Below, piece after piece: positions 10,527-18,296 of a stretch of 43,216 nucleotides of DNA. How positions within the stretch are numbered: position 1 is the first letter of the stretch; each line of letters opens with the position of its first letter. The position numbers were made by a program, and so were the translations under genes. Source of the stretch: an uncultured Clostridium sp. (GTDB taxonomy: Bacteria; Bacillota; Clostridia; TANB77; CAG-508); the NCBI GenBank assembly GCA_946497905.1, contig CAMMMI010000002.1:1-43216 (forward strand), read 5' to 3'. The notes under the pieces are model-generated. The model made no database searches. It was not told the origin of the DNA and was given only the letters and a program-made list of their open reading frames with translations.

Positions 10527-11034
10527 TAGGAATTTCTTTTAAGTCTAATTTATTATCAATAACAAAACATAGAATTTCCTCGAATGTATTAAATATACAT
10601 ACCTCAACATGATTGTTTTTTTCAAATGTAAGAATTAATCGAGTTCCATCTCTGAAAAAAGCACACTTATAATTTTTATAAATAAACTCTGATAATATAA
10701 TATCTTTATTAGGATCTTCTTTAAAATCTGTTTCTTCTTCTGTAATTAAATCAATTAGATATTCTGTGTCGATATTGGCTAAATCTTCAACAGTAATATC
10801 TCTGCAATTTAGAACATCTAAAATTCTTCTAATAATTTCTCCACCATCAATATTACTATAGTACCAACATTCTATTGCCATTTTTACTATTGTTTCTATA
10901 TCTCTCATACTTGAAATATTAAGATTTTCATATTCTGGTAGTAAATTTTCAAGTTCATTAATCATATATAATTCTCCTAGCACTTCTTTTGTATCATCTG
11001 ACATTTCATAATATTTTTTAAATATATTTCTCAT
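10516..11034 (-). CDS. hypothetical protein (172 aa)
   Basis: ORF preceded by ACGGAGGTAAAAGAAA-ATG. It overlaps the next gene by 11 nt. Confidence 0.55.
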   Translation of the reverse strand: MRNIFKKYYEMSDDTKEVLGELYMINELENLLPEYENLNISSMRDIETIVKMAIECWYYSNIDGGEIIRRILDVLNCRDITVEDLANIDTEYLIDLITEEETDFKEDPNKDIILSEFIYKNYKCAFFRDGTRLILTFEKNNHVEVCIFNTFEEILCFVIDNKLDLKEIPIEQ

Positions 11035-11050
11035 TTTCTTTTACCTCCGT

Positions 11051-11890
11051 TTATTTATTATTATCTAAATTACAAAATAAATTATCTAAAAATCCAGGTG
11101 GGTATTGTCTTTGTTCAAAATTGGTATAACTTTTATTATTGATTGTCTTTTGTTTATTTTTAAAATTATCATAACTTTGTTTCTCTTTTTCCATTTCTCT
11201 AATTCGAGTAGTTACCCACCTTAATATTGCTGCATAATCATTATCATAGGCTTGTCCTTTAGCTTGTTTATATAAATTTAATTGTTCAATAAGTTGTTTA
11301 GTTAAATCGGCTCCAAATTGTTCTAACAAGTCATCATACTCTTTTTGTTCCATAAACACTTTTTCAGCAAATTGCTTTTTTGTTTCTTCCACGTGTGTGT
11401 GTTCTTCTTTATTATTTTTTTTATTATTTATATTATTATTATTATTTATATTGACATCATCAATATCTTGTTGTTCTTCTTGTTTTTGCCTTGTTGTTTC
11501 TTCTGTTAATATCTTGTCATTCATCTCATCAACTACTGAATTTTCTGGGAATAATTGTGCTTTTTTTAGATATTCTATTACTTTAACTTCATCGATTTTA
11601 TAGTATGTTTTACAAGGTATCCCTTTTTTCTTGGTATATATTATTCCTTTTTCTTCTAGGTTTTTCATTGCAATTCTTTGAAAGTGGGGTGTAATACCTG
11701 TATTTTTTTGAATATTATCTCTTGTAGAATAGAAATACTCATTGTCTTCTAATTTATTGATATTGGCCCAATATGTATATTCACTACACAATTCTCCTAA
11801 AATAATTGCTTCATTTAGTCCTAGTATCTGTATTAAATCTTTATTAACAATAATATATTTGCTACTAGCTAAAAGACTTGCTAAAATCAT
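11051..11890 (-). CDS. replication initiator / replisome-organizer-like protein (N-terminal winged-helix, C-terminal DnaD-like segment)
   Basis: N-terminus reads IVNKDLIQILGLNEAIILGELCSEYTYW...FYSTRDNIQKNTGITPHFQRIAMKNLEEKGII. An Asn/Lys linker follows. C-terminus reads VFMEQKEYDDLLEQFGADLTKQLIEQLNLYKQAKGQAYDNDYAAILRWV, typical of phage/plasmid DnaD-like replication proteins. Confidence 0.55.
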   Translation of the reverse strand: MILASLLASSKYIIVNKDLIQILGLNEAIILGELCSEYTYWANINKLEDNEYFYSTRDNIQKNTGITPHFQRIAMKNLEEKGIIYTKKKGIPCKTYYKIDEVKVIEYLKKAQLFPENSVVDEMNDKILTEETTRQKQEEQQDIDDVNINNNNNINNKKNNKEEHTHVEETKKQFAEKVFMEQKEYDDLLEQFGADLTKQLIEQLNLYKQAKGQAYDNDYAAILRWVTTRIREMEKEKQSYDNFKNKQKTINNKSYTNFEQRQYPPGFLDNLFCNLDNNK

Positions 11891-11950
11891 TGTTATCGAC
11901 CTCCTCTAAAGCAAAAAAATAAGAACGATAAGTTCTTAAAATGATTTGCT

Positions 11951-12808
11951 CTATATTTCCATTTCCATATCTTCCTGTGGAGATATAATTTTTGTTATAA
12001 TGTTTTCATTTGTATAACTAATTACATCAGTAAATACAGTAATATCATTTTGTATTTCTCTATCTAATTTTAAGGTTTGATTTTCTAAATCAATATCTAT
12101 TACTGTAGCTGTATCACAATATTTTGTCTGTAACTTATCTCCAATTTTTATATTTTCAGGTGCTTTTCTTGATGAAGTAGAAAAAATATTTACTATCGTA
12201 TTTTGTAAATACTCTTTAAATAAATCATAATTGTTCTGATTTTTATAAGTTAGTAATATATTTCTTTTTAATATTTCATTGATTATGCTGTTTAAATTAT
12301 TCTTTATATACCAAAGAATATCTTTACTAAATACATGGTCTGCTGAATTAACAGTTGCATTAATAGTAACATTATTCTGTTTTGCATTATAATTAACACT
12401 AAAGCATTGTTTTAAAATAATATCTGCTATCATTTCGCTTTTTGAAGTATAGTATTCCACAGATAAATCACTAATTGTGGAAACATACATTGCCATATTA
12501 TTGTCTAATACTGTTATAAATCTTCCTCGAGGGTGTTTATGTTCTGTAATATAGTTTATATCTTCTTTTTTAACCTCTTGAATAATACTTCTATATGCTT
12601 TTTTATCTTGTCTTAATATTTCATCTTTATATAAATCTAATAGGGAAGATATAAAATCGTCAATTTTAGCTTTTTCCATATTTTTTAGTTCTTTACTTAT
12701 TATAGATTTTAATTCAGATTCACTAATTGCAAGTGAATTTTTTAATATACACTCATTTGCAAAAAAATCTGTATTTTTTATTAAATATTCTAAATTAGTC
12801 TTTGTCAT
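11951..12808 (-). CDS. hypothetical protein (about 285 aa; start trimmed to MTKTN)
   Basis: AAAGGAAG lies 7 nt upstream of ATG 12808..12806. The track start (GTG 12826) lacks an SD. Confidence 0.55.
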   Translation of the reverse strand: MTKTNLEYLIKNTDFFANECILKNSLAISESELKSIISKELKNMEKAKIDDFISSLLDLYKDEILRQDKKAYRSIIQEVKKEDINYITEHKHPRGRFITVLDNNMAMYVSTISDLSVEYYTSKSEMIADIILKQCFSVNYNAKQNNVTINATVNSADHVFSKDILWYIKNNLNSIINEILKRNILLTYKNQNNYDLFKEYLQNTIVNIFSTSSRKAPENIKIGDKLQTKYCDTATVIDIDLENQTLKLDREIQNDITVFTDVISYTNENIITKIISPQEDMEMEI

Positions 12809-12914
12809 TTTTAATCTTCCTTTCACTTTCTTTTCCTACAATTATCATTGCATATAAAAAAAGACTTATATTAGCACCTAATACAAGTCCAACTATCAGT
12901 CCCCACCAGAACAT
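12795..12914 (-). CDS. possible 39-aa membrane peptide (below the ORF-track length cutoff)
   Basis: GGTGGTGG lies 5 nt upstream of ATG 12914. It translates to MFWWGLIVGLVLGANISLFLYAMIIVGKESERKIKNDKD and overlaps the next gene start by 14 nt. Confidence 0.35.
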   Translation of the reverse strand: MFWWGLIVGLVLGANISLFLYAMIIVGKESERKIKNDKD

Positions 12915-12972
12915 TTTTACCACCACCTTATTTTAAAAATAAAAAATAGGGAACAAGAATATGTTTAAATTT

Positions 12973-13115
12973 TATCCCTAATTTTTTTAGGGATAAAAAA
13001 AGAGGGTAACTTTTATTTCATTTTTACTTTCTCTGTTTTACTAGAGAGAGTAAGAAAAAAGTTATCCCTAATTTTTCTTTTTTTATTTTTGACTTATCCC
13101 TAATTTATCCCTAAT
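12973..13115. repeat. Iteron cluster: four direct TATCCCTAAT copies plus one inverted copy
   Basis: Direct copies lie at 12973..12982, 13063..13072, 13095..13104 and 13106..13115; the last two are tandem with an 11-bp period. An inverted TTAGGGATA at 12987..12995 forms a perfect palindrome with copy 1. A degenerate copy TAGCCCTATT (13257..13266) touches the tRNA break. Confidence 0.7.
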
Positions 13116-13267
13116 TTTTTTATAAATTTTTTATATTTTAATTCGTTTTATTTCATTTTAATTCTGTTAAATTCTTCTTATTGCAATTTAGCAATTCTTA
13201 CAGTATCAAGCATTGCAATAAAAAAATCCCGAAATGTAAAGCGTTTGACTTTTTCGTAGCCCTATTT

Positions 13268-13305
13268 TTATGAGCCCAACGAGCTGCCAACTGCTCCACC
13301 CCGCG
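13268..13305 (-). tRNA. tRNA-fMet (anticodon CAT), 5' half only; truncated after the anticodon loop, so non-functional as it stands
   Basis: Minus strand reads CGCGGGGTGGAGCAGTTGGCAGCTCGTTGGGCTCATAA: initiator-type acceptor start, D-arm, GGG anticodon stem and CTCATAA loop. What follows (AAATAGGGCTACGAAAAAG...) cannot pair as a 3' anticodon stem. No T-arm or acceptor 3' strand was found anywhere in 12.8..13.3 kb. Confidence 0.75.
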
Positions 13306-13321
13306 ATGTTAAACTTTTTTT

Positions 13322-13351
13322 ATTATACATCATATGTAACGTTTTTGTCAA
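13322..13351 (-). promoter_or_regulatory. Consensus sigma-A type promoter of the truncated tRNA-fMet
   Basis: Minus strand carries TTGACA (13351..13346), an 18-nt spacer and TATAAT (13327..13322). The tRNA 5' end lies 16 nt downstream. Confidence 0.6.
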
Positions 13352-13484
13352 GAAATTTTTAAAAATAGTAAAATTTTCTGTTATAGATATATTTATAGTA
13401 TATGCCGATTTTTTTCAAAATATTACTATTTTAATTCTTGTAGTCAAATATCTATAATATATAGAATAACCAAAATTAAAAATT

Positions 13485-14129
13485 TTACTTTCTTCCAATA
13501 TATTTTATAACGCCAGAATAATGTGGATTAGGCCTAATTAATTCTAAAGAATACTCCTCAGAGATATAGATAGTCTCAAAACCTTTAAAAATATCCAAAA
13601 TTTCTTCTTTAGTAAAGAAGCTAATATAAGTATCATTAATTATATTATGAAACACATTATTATCTAAAAGTTCAAAATCAAGTAAACTTTTATTCTTTTT
13701 AAACTTAGGATCTTCAATAGAAAAAACTTGCAAATAAATCAATCCATTTAAATTTATATTTTCTTTTATAGAATTCATAATTTTATAGCTATCCTCTTTA
13801 TGAAGAAAATGCAAAACATAAGAAGAAAGTATTAGATCATATCTATTTTTTTCAATCTCAAAAGTTCTAATATCGCTTCTAATCAAATTTAAACTAGGAC
13901 AATTATTTTTACAAATTTCTAAACATTTAGAAGAATAATCAACACCAGTAACATTAAAGCCCAAATTTGATAAAGGAATAGAATTCCTACCTTGACCAAT
14001 TCCCAAATCTAAAACTTCTTTACCAGGTATCAACTCCAAGTATCTCTTTAATTCGAAGTCTAATTTAGCTGGATATATAGGAAAATCATCTTTAAATTTT
14101 TTATCATAATCTACTGCGTTACCAATCAT
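13485..14129 (-). CDS. class I SAM-dependent methyltransferase (TehB-like small-molecule type)
   Basis: Reads VLDLGIGQGRNSIPLSNLGFNVTGVDYS (motif I plus acidic loop), followed by LILSSYVLHFL. ATG 14129 lies 11 nt after AAGGAG; the track GTG start at 14159 has no SD. Confidence 0.7.
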   Translation of the reverse strand: MIGNAVDYDKKFKDDFPIYPAKLDFELKRYLELIPGKEVLDLGIGQGRNSIPLSNLGFNVTGVDYSSKCLEICKNNCPSLNLIRSDIRTFEIEKNRYDLILSSYVLHFLHKEDSYKIMNSIKENINLNGLIYLQVFSIEDPKFKKNKSLLDFELLDNNVFHNIINDTYISFFTKEEILDIFKGFETIYISEEYSLELIRPNPHYSGVIKYIGRK

Positions 14130-14304
14130 ATATAATATAGCTCCTTTTATTTTATACACAAGTAAATTTATATAATAAATTATAAAATAAATAGAAAAGT
14201 TTGTAAATAAAAATTAATTTAAAAAATAAAAATAGAACATGAAACATTTTTATATAAAAATATAAAAAAATAGATATTTTAATTGTTCAAATCAATTAAT
14301 TTAG

Positions 14305-14333
14305 TTGTTAAAAACAAGAAAATGTGATAAAAT
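14305..14333 (+). promoter_or_regulatory. Candidate promoter of the four-gene defence operon
   Basis: TTGTTA (14305..14310), 17-nt spacing, then an extended -10 TGaTAAAAT (14325..14333). This implies the ORF-track TTG start at 14305 lies inside the promoter. Confidence 0.4.
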
Positions 14334-14364
14334 AGAACAAAATGAAAAAAACAGGAGTAAAAAA

Positions 14365-17300
14365 TTGGATAAAAATATAATATACGACAATGATAATTTG
14401 ATAAAAAATATAAACAAAAATCTAAAAGTACTTTCAAAAAAACAAGTAAATATAGTAAATGATAAATTAACATTATCAGTTTTTGAACTATTAAAAGACA
14501 ATATAAAAAAAGTATCTGACATAAATTTTGTTGTTAGAAGTCCAATATACAATGGTAATAAAGAAATAGCAAGAGAATTTGAAATAGAAAAAGATACAAA
14601 CAATATACTCTTCAACTCATTTGATATAATACAAAAAAACAAGTTAACACATTTAAGCTCAGCAAAAAAAATGTACAATTTTATAAAAGATAATGTTAAT
14701 GTAAAAAGGGTAAAAAACTCAAATACAATAAAAAGTAATTTGCTAACAGTAGGTAATAATTATGCAGTACTTGGGGATTCATCTTTAGAAGTAGTAAAAA
14801 AGAAAGAACAATCTTTTAACTTTAACACAGAATTTTCAAATATTGAACAAGTTAATCAAATAAAAGAAAAATTTGACATGTTATGGAATACACCTCAATA
14901 TACGGAAGAATTTAAAGAACAATTATTAGAGAAATTAAAATTTGTTTATAAAGATTATAGCCCAGAGTTTTTATATTATTTTACTCTATTTTCAATATTT
15001 GAAAATACAATAAATGATGAAGACTTAGAAAAATTTGAGAATGATAAAATTAAGTTTAAAGAAACTATAGTATGGAATAAATTATATAAATTCCAAAAAG
15101 ATGCAGTTGTTTCAGCCATTAATAAAATAGAAAAATTCAATGGATGTATTATAGCAGATAGTGTAGGGTTAGGAAAAACTTTTGAAGCATTAGCAATAAT
15201 TAAATATTACGAAATGAAAAATTCAAAAGTTTTAGTATTGACACCTAAAAAATTATATGAAAATTGGGCTACATATAAAAACGATTATATTGATAACCCA
15301 ATTGCAGAGGATAGGCTACATTATGATATTTTATATCATAGTGATTTATCAAGAAAAAAAGGTAAAACAATTGAAGGCAAAGACTTAGAGAGGATGAATC
15401 TAGGTAATTATGAATTATTAGTAATAGATGAAAGTCATAATTTTAGAAACAGAGATGCTAGAAAAGCTCATGAAACAAGATATTCTAAATTAATAAATGA
15501 AATAATAAAAAAAGGGTATAGAACAAAAGTATTATTATTATCAGCAACACCAGTAAATAATACATTAAATGATTTAAAAAACCAATTAAGTATCATAACA
15601 GTTGATAATGATCATGCATTTATAGATGAAGGTATTGCAAGTGTAGAACAACTACTTCGAAAATCTCAAACGGTTATAAATGAATGGTCAAGAGAAGACA
15701 ATAAAAATAAAGAAAAACTGCTAGATAGGTTACCAGCTAACTTTTTTAAACTATTAGAAATGATAACAATAGCTAGAAGTAGAAAACATATAACTACATA
15801 TTATGGAACAAAAGATGTTGGAACATTCCCAGAAAAAAAAGAACCATTAACAATAAGGAATAAAATAGATATTAAAAATGAAATGGTAACATTTAAAGAA
15901 ATAAATGACTTATTAGATATGTTAAATTTATCAATATATTCTCCAATGAAATATATATTACCAGAATATAAACAAGAATATAGACAAAAGTTTAGTCTTG
16001 ATGTAAAAGAAGGAAGTTCAACATTTTATCAAGAAGATAGAGAAGAAAGCATAAAAAAGTTATATAAATTTAATATTTTAAAAAGGATGGAAAGTTCTTT
16101 AGTAGCACTAAATTTAACATTGCAAAGACTAAAAGAACAAATTGAAAATAGAAAAAAATTATTACAGGAATCAGTAAAAGAAAAAAATAAAATTAATAAA
16201 ATCAAAGAATATATTGAAGATATAGATATTGAGGAAGAAGAAAACGAATTAGATGAAGAAGAAAATGTAAAAAACATAAATATATCACATTTAGATAAAT
16301 CAACATATATTTATGATTTAAATAAAGATCTAGAATTGATTAATCCAATATTAGAAGAAATAGATGTATTATTAAAAGAAAAAAGAGACGAAAAGATTAA
16401 AAAGTTAAAAGAAATAATAATAAACAAAGTAAATAATACACCATATAACAATAAAAATAAAAAAATATTGATTTTTAGTGCTTTTGCTGATACAGTAAAA
16501 TACCTATATAAAGAATTAAGTATAGAGTTAAAAGAAAAATATAAAGTAGATTCAGCTATTATTACAGGAAGTGAAGAACCAAAAACAACTAATAAAAAAG
16601 TAAAAAATGAATTTAATAATATATTAGCACATTTTTCACCAATATCTAAAGAGATACAAATAAATGAAGATGAGCAAATTGATATTATTTTTGCAACAGA
16701 TTGTATTTCAGAAGGTCAAAATCTTCAAGATTGTGATACTGTTATTAATTTTGACATACATTGGAATCCTGTTAGGTTAATCCAGAGATTTGGACGTATA
16801 GATAGAATAGGAAGCAAAAATAAGTTTATAAAAATGATTAATTTTTTTCCAGATATGGAACTAAATGAATATTTAAACCTGGAAAGAAGAGTTAAGGGAA
16901 AAATGGTAATTACAAATATGACAGGAGCAGGAGATGATGATCAATTATCACCAGATATGAATGACTTTAATTTTAGAAAAAAACAATTAGAAGCGATACA
17001 AAAAGAAGTTGTGGATTTAGAAGAAGCCAAAAATTCAATATCATTAACCGACTTAAATCTAAATGATTATAAATATGATATCAAAGAATACCTAAAAACA
17101 AATGAAGACATAAAAAAAATACCAAAAGGAATTTACTCTATAACATCTAATGGAGACAAAAAAGGGGTAATCTTTTGTTTCAAAAGAAATGAACAATTAG
17201 AAGTAAAACCAAAAGAAGAAAGTTCAATAGATCCTTATTATTTAGTATATGTAACAAATAAAGGAGACATTTATTTTGATATAAAAAAAGTAAGAGACGT

Positions 17301-17559
17301 TCTTAATGAATACAGAAAAATATGTTATGGAAAACAAGAAATAAATCATGAATTAGTCAACAAATTTAACATTGATACAAAGGAAGCAACAGATATGAAA
17401 AAATATTCTGAGCTCTTAACCAAAGCTATTAATTTTATCAATGGAGACTTGGAAGAAGATAATATGCATAGTTTATTTAGTTTTGATGGTTTACTAAGTA
17501 AAAATGAAGAAACAACATCAGAAGATTTTGAGCTTATATCAATGTTAATATTAGATTAG
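14365..17559 (+). CDS. SNF2-family helicase/translocase with a ~240-aa N-terminal extension (defence operon gene 1)
   Basis: AGGAG (14353..14357) lies 7 nt upstream of TTG 14365. Motifs: ADSVGLGKTFEA (I), LLVIDESHNFRN (II), LLLSATPVNN (III), ISEGQNLQDCDTVINFDIHWNP (V), QRFGRIDRIGS (VI). The N-terminal region has a weak, possibly degenerate PLD-like pattern (SAKKMYNF...VLGDSSL), unverified. Confidence 0.85.
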   Translation: MDKNIIYDNDNLIKNINKNLKVLSKKQVNIVNDKLTLSVFELLKDNIKKVSDINFVVRSPIYNGNKEIAREFEIEKDTNNILFNSFDIIQKNKLTHLSSAKKMYNFIKDNVNVKRVKNSNTIKSNLLTVGNNYAVLGDSSLEVVKKKEQSFNFNTEFSNIEQVNQIKEKFDMLWNTPQYTEEFKEQLLEKLKFVYKDYSPEFLYYFTLFSIFENTINDEDLEKFENDKIKFKETIVWNKLYKFQKDAVVSAINKIEKFNGCIIADSVGLGKTFEALAIIKYYEMKNSKVLVLTPKKLYENWATYKNDYIDNPIAEDRLHYDILYHSDLSRKKGKTIEGKDLERMNLGNYELLVIDESHNFRNRDARKAHETRYSKLINEIIKKGYRTKVLLLSATPVNNTLNDLKNQLSIITVDNDHAFIDEGIASVEQLLRKSQTVINEWSREDNKNKEKLLDRLPANFFKLLEMITIARSRKHITTYYGTKDVGTFPEKKEPLTIRNKIDIKNEMVTFKEINDLLDMLNLSIYSPMKYILPEYKQEYRQKFSLDVKEGSSTFYQEDREESIKKLYKFNILKRMESSLVALNLTLQRLKEQIENRKKLLQESVKEKNKINKIKEYIEDIDIEEEENELDEEENVKNINISHLDKSTYIYDLNKDLELINPILEEIDVLLKEKRDEKIKKLKEIIINKVNNTPYNNKNKKILIFSAFADTVKYLYKELSIELKEKYKVDSAIITGSEEPKTTNKKVKNEFNNILAHFSPISKEIQINEDEQIDIIFATDCISEGQNLQDCDTVINFDIHWNPVRLIQRFGRIDRIGSKNKFIKMINFFPDMELNEYLNLERRVKGKMVITNMTGAGDDDQLSPDMNDFNFRKKQLEAIQKEVVDLEEAKNSISLTDLNLNDYKYDIKEYLKTNEDIKKIPKGIYSITSNGDKKGVIFCFKRNEQLEVKPKEESSIDPYYLVYVTNKGDIYFDIKKVRDVLNEYRKICYGKQEINHELVNKFNIDTKEATDMKKYSELLTKAINFINGDLEEDNMHSLFSFDGLLSKNEETTSEDFELISMLILD

Positions 17560-17568
17560 GAGAGGAAT

Positions 17569-18285
17569 ATGTTTTTAGATATAAAATATAATTTAGAAAA
17601 AAATAAACAAGAATGTACAAATTTTGTATTAAAAGTATTGCCACAATATTTAGAATTAAAAGACAGAAAAAAATTTAAAGAGGAAATAGTCAGTATAAAA
17701 TTGCTAGCTCAAATGAATGATACTTCAATACCAAATTTAGAAAACAAAGAATTCATTTATAGAAATATAATGTATATAGAATTTATGGTTAAAAATATAA
17801 AAAAGATACAACCTTATATAGAAACATTACATAAATTGTTTAAAGCACCTACTATTTTAAAAATATCTGATGAAAAGTTAAATAGTATATATTCATTATG
17901 CATAAAAAGACTTAGTAAAATAAATAAAGGTGAGATTGTAGTAGAAAATATAGTTACAACTAAAGAATTTAGTGATGTTATAAATACAAAAACCAGGAAT
18001 GAATATATAAATATAATAAGTAAAATTTATAATAGAAATAATAAATTTGACTATTATTATGAATTACTTATAAAAACAAAAATTTATAATTTGAAAAAAG
18101 AATTAAAGGATAACTATATAAAATTATTAGATTCAAAAATATTTTATAATCTAGAAAAAATGCAATATAATATGGAAAAATTAAATTCATTTGAAGAATA
18201 TATAAAACAATATGAAAGTGAGACTAATATGGCAGAAAAAATAAAATTAAAAAATAAAATAAATAATATTATATTTATATTTTAG
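17569..18285 (+). CDS. 238-aa protein of unknown function (defence operon gene 2)
   Basis: GGAGAGG lies 3 nt before ATG and 9 nt after the gene 1 stop. The protein is Lys/Asn/Ile-rich, predicted helical, with no catalytic motif recognisable by eye. It might be DUF4391-like, but that is only a guess from gene context. Confidence 0.6.
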   Translation: MFLDIKYNLEKNKQECTNFVLKVLPQYLELKDRKKFKEEIVSIKLLAQMNDTSIPNLENKEFIYRNIMYIEFMVKNIKKIQPYIETLHKLFKAPTILKISDEKLNSIYSLCIKRLSKINKGEIVVENIVTTKEFSDVINTKTRNEYINIISKIYNRNNKFDYYYELLIKTKIYNLKKELKDNYIKLLDSKIFYNLEKMQYNMEKLNSFEEYIKQYESETNMAEKIKLKNKINNIIFIF

Positions 18286-18296
18286 GAGGAAATATA

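Larger units (their letters stand above)
1..13267. mobile_element. Right-hand ~13 kb of an integrated plasmid/ICE- or phage-plasmid-like element; the other end and any integrase lie outside the window
   Basis: Uninterrupted minus-strand gene train with overlapping or abutting stops and starts. Plasmid/ICE-type cargo: ParB, ArdC-like/methylase/SNF2 giant gene, sigma-like regulator, replication-initiator-like protein. Ends in a 570-bp non-coding tract with iterons and abuts a truncated tRNA-fMet at 13268. Confidence 0.55.

Noticed and set aside
133-11603. Plus-strand track ORFs inside the element: 133..606, 173..475, 2536..2871, 2955..3206, 3862..4152, 7180..7509, 7668..7868, 8083..8292, 8837..9103, 9843..10043 and 11397..11603
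   Set aside because: All lie antisense to well-supported minus-strand genes. They translate to low-complexity F/L/S/I-rich strings typical of shadow frames in AT-rich DNA, and they lack SD sequences.
922-12826. Acidic C-terminal EMEE tails as a shared secretion or targeting signal for element proteins
   Set aside because: The nucleotide strings are GGAGG Shine-Dalgarno sequences positioned for the next gene. The explanation is translational coupling rather than a protein-level signal.
12973-13115. CRISPR-like array, because of the repeated TATCCCTAAT
   Set aside because: The repeats are only 10 bp, the spacing is irregular (1 to 80 bp), one copy is inverted, and no cas genes are present. 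Iterons or arm sites fit better.
12930-13305. Group I intron in the tRNA-fMet anticodon loop, as known for some cyanobacterial tRNA-fMet genes, as an explanation for the interrupted tRNA
   Set aside because: No 3' exon (T-arm/acceptor 3' strand) exists anywhere downstream. The following DNA is extremely AT-rich, with no GC-rich core helices expected of a group I intron.
14365-15080. Calling the N-terminal extension of the SNF2 protein a PLD-family nuclease domain
   Set aside because: Only a weak resemblance is present (SAKKMYNF and VLGDSSL), and the canonical HxK...D signature is missing. It is kept as a hypothesis to test, not as an annotation.
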